A stretch of 50,203 bases of DNA, taken from the NCBI GenBank assembly GCA_002104905.1, contig MCFE01000643.1, positions 1 to 50,203 of the forward strand, in the 5' to 3' direction. Position numbers and translations under genes: made by a program. This document shows, piece after piece, positions 48,801 to 50,203 of the stretch. The notes under the pieces were generated by a model, which saw only the letters and a program-made list of their open reading frames with translations, was not told the origin of the DNA and made no database searches. The stretch's first letter is position 1. The number at the start of each line of letters is the position of its first letter. The stretch is from Basidiobolus meristosporus CBS 931.73 (taxonomy: Eukaryota; Fungi; Basidiobolomycota).

Positions 48801-50203
48801 ATTGAGAGATACAAAGCAAGACTTGTAGCCAAAGGATACTCTCAAACAAAAGGACTTGACTATACTGAGACCTTTGCACTGGTAGCCAAGTTTAATTCCA
48901 TCAGATCAATTTTAGCTATTGCAGCAAAATATAAGTTTTTTATTCATCAAATGGATGTAAAAACTGCATTTGTGAATGGAGAACTTGATGAGGATGTGTA
49001 TATGGACCAGCCTGATGGGTTTGTTGACCAAGATAACCCCCACTTGGTCTGCAAGCTTAAAAAGTCACTATATAGTCTCAAACAATCACTAAGAGCCTGG
49101 AATTGCAAGATAGATTCTTATTTGGAATCCTTGAGTTTCAAAAGAAGTAATGCTGACTATAGTATATACTATAAGCCAGATAGAGTAAATCCAGTTCTAT
49201 TAGCTCTATATGTGGATGATCTTATTATAGCCACCAATAACCTAGAAACATTGGAAGAGACTAAATCCAGCCTATCTAAGGAGTTCAAGATGTCTGATTT
49301 AGGAGAACTTAGTTACTACTTAGGGATTAAGTTCTCCATAGACAGAAGTACCCAGACTATTACCCTAAGCCAATCCAAGTATATTCAAGATATACTAAAG
49401 AAGTACAAAATGGAAGACTGTAAACCGGCAGCTACCCCAATGGAGATAAACCTTAACTTGGTCAAAACTCAACCAAATCAAGAGAGCTTGGTGCCATCTG
49501 AAAGCCCTGACTTTCCTTATCAGTCTATGGTTGGCAGTCTGATGTATAACATGTGTGGAACACGTCCAGATATCTCATATTCAGTGGGAGTTGTCAGCCA
49601 ACATAATCAGAACTATGGATCTGATCATATTGCAGCAGTTAAGCGGATTTTTAGATACCTAAAAGGAACTGCTGATATCTGCTTAAGATACACTTATAAG
49701 GACTCAGAACAAGATCTTGTGGGATACTCTGATGCAGATTGGGGACAAAATTTAGAAGACAGAAGATCCACCACAAGGTACACCTTTCTTTACTGTAAAG
49801 GAGCCATTTCATGGAATTCAAGAAAGCAACCAACCGTAGCACTTTCTACCACAGAGGCAGAGTATATGGCAGCCTGTGAAGCTACAAAAGAAGCAATGTG
49901 GTTAAGAAAGCTGTTACAGATTTAGGCCTATGTCAAAAAATGCCTATTACTTTATTTCAAGACAATCAAGGATGTATACAATCAGGTAGAAATCCAACTT
50001 TTCATGCTAGAACCAAGCACATAGATATTAGACATCATTTCATACATGAATCTATAGAGAATAACTTAGTTAGCTAGTTTACTGTCCTACAGATGAAATG
50101 ATTGCAGACATATTTACCAAACCATTAGCTAGAGACAAGTTTGAATATCTTAGGTCAAAATTAGGACTAGTCAGTATGAACATTTAGCTGAGTGGGAGTG
50201 TTG
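45866..50203 (+). mobile_element. Copia copy D (least decayed), inserted in the 5' LTR of copy C; its 3' LTR runs off the window
   Basis: 5' LTR at 45866-46214, PBS GGTTATGAGCCCCAG at 46215-46229, PPT at 50190-50198 and 3' LTR starting at 50199. The left flank is GATCT. Confidence 0.97.
46246..50187 (+). pseudogene. pol: Copia D gag-pol polyprotein (few frameshifts and stops)
   Basis: ORFs 46364..47251, 47167..48264, 48328..48726 and 48717..49925 carry CNNCKRKGH, WYIDSG, IHSDLCGP, RSDNGGEY, RYKARLVAKGYSQ, HQMDVKTAF, YVDDL and YSDADWG. Confidence 0.96.

Noticed and set aside
1-50203. CRISPR array, rRNA, tRNA, prophage or Starship/Helitron-type giant element
   Set aside because: I saw no regularly spaced repeats, no RNA-gene signatures, and no tyrosine recombinase or Rep/helicase motifs. 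The repeats are explained by TIR and LTR elements.

Overview
This window is a eukaryotic, probably fungal (inferred), nested transposon block. I found no host gene, RNA gene or CRISPR array. Most of the 50 kb resolves into five or six families inserted into one another, many with readable target-site duplications (TSDs). (1) A ~4.7 kb Ty1/Copia family: three large copies at 3880-12063 (+), 37062-45865 (-) and 45866-end (+), plus solo LTRs and remnants. (2) One Ty3/Gypsy element at 19086-23974. (3) A CACTA/CMC-type DNA transposon with CCCTATGAAAAAT ends and a 3-bp TSD; it carries a tnp2/Transposase_21 gene head-to-head with an unassigned ~680-codon accessory gene, and the best copy is 39645-44947. 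(4) A PHIS/Harbinger-type DNA transposon with 15-bp TIRs and ANT TSDs; it carries a DDE_Tnp_4 transposase head-to-head with a Myb/trihelix-like gene, and the best copies are 5282-8527 and 32263-35526. (5) A ~1.07 kb LTR-like family X whose insertion sites all fit RCGY. (6) A single solo LTR Y and a possible LINE remnant. Every coding region is interrupted by stops, frameshifts or deletions. Differences between copies are dominated by C>T/G>A changes at CpG and also CpA, consistent with cytosine methylation or a RIP-like process. All alignments were done by eye.
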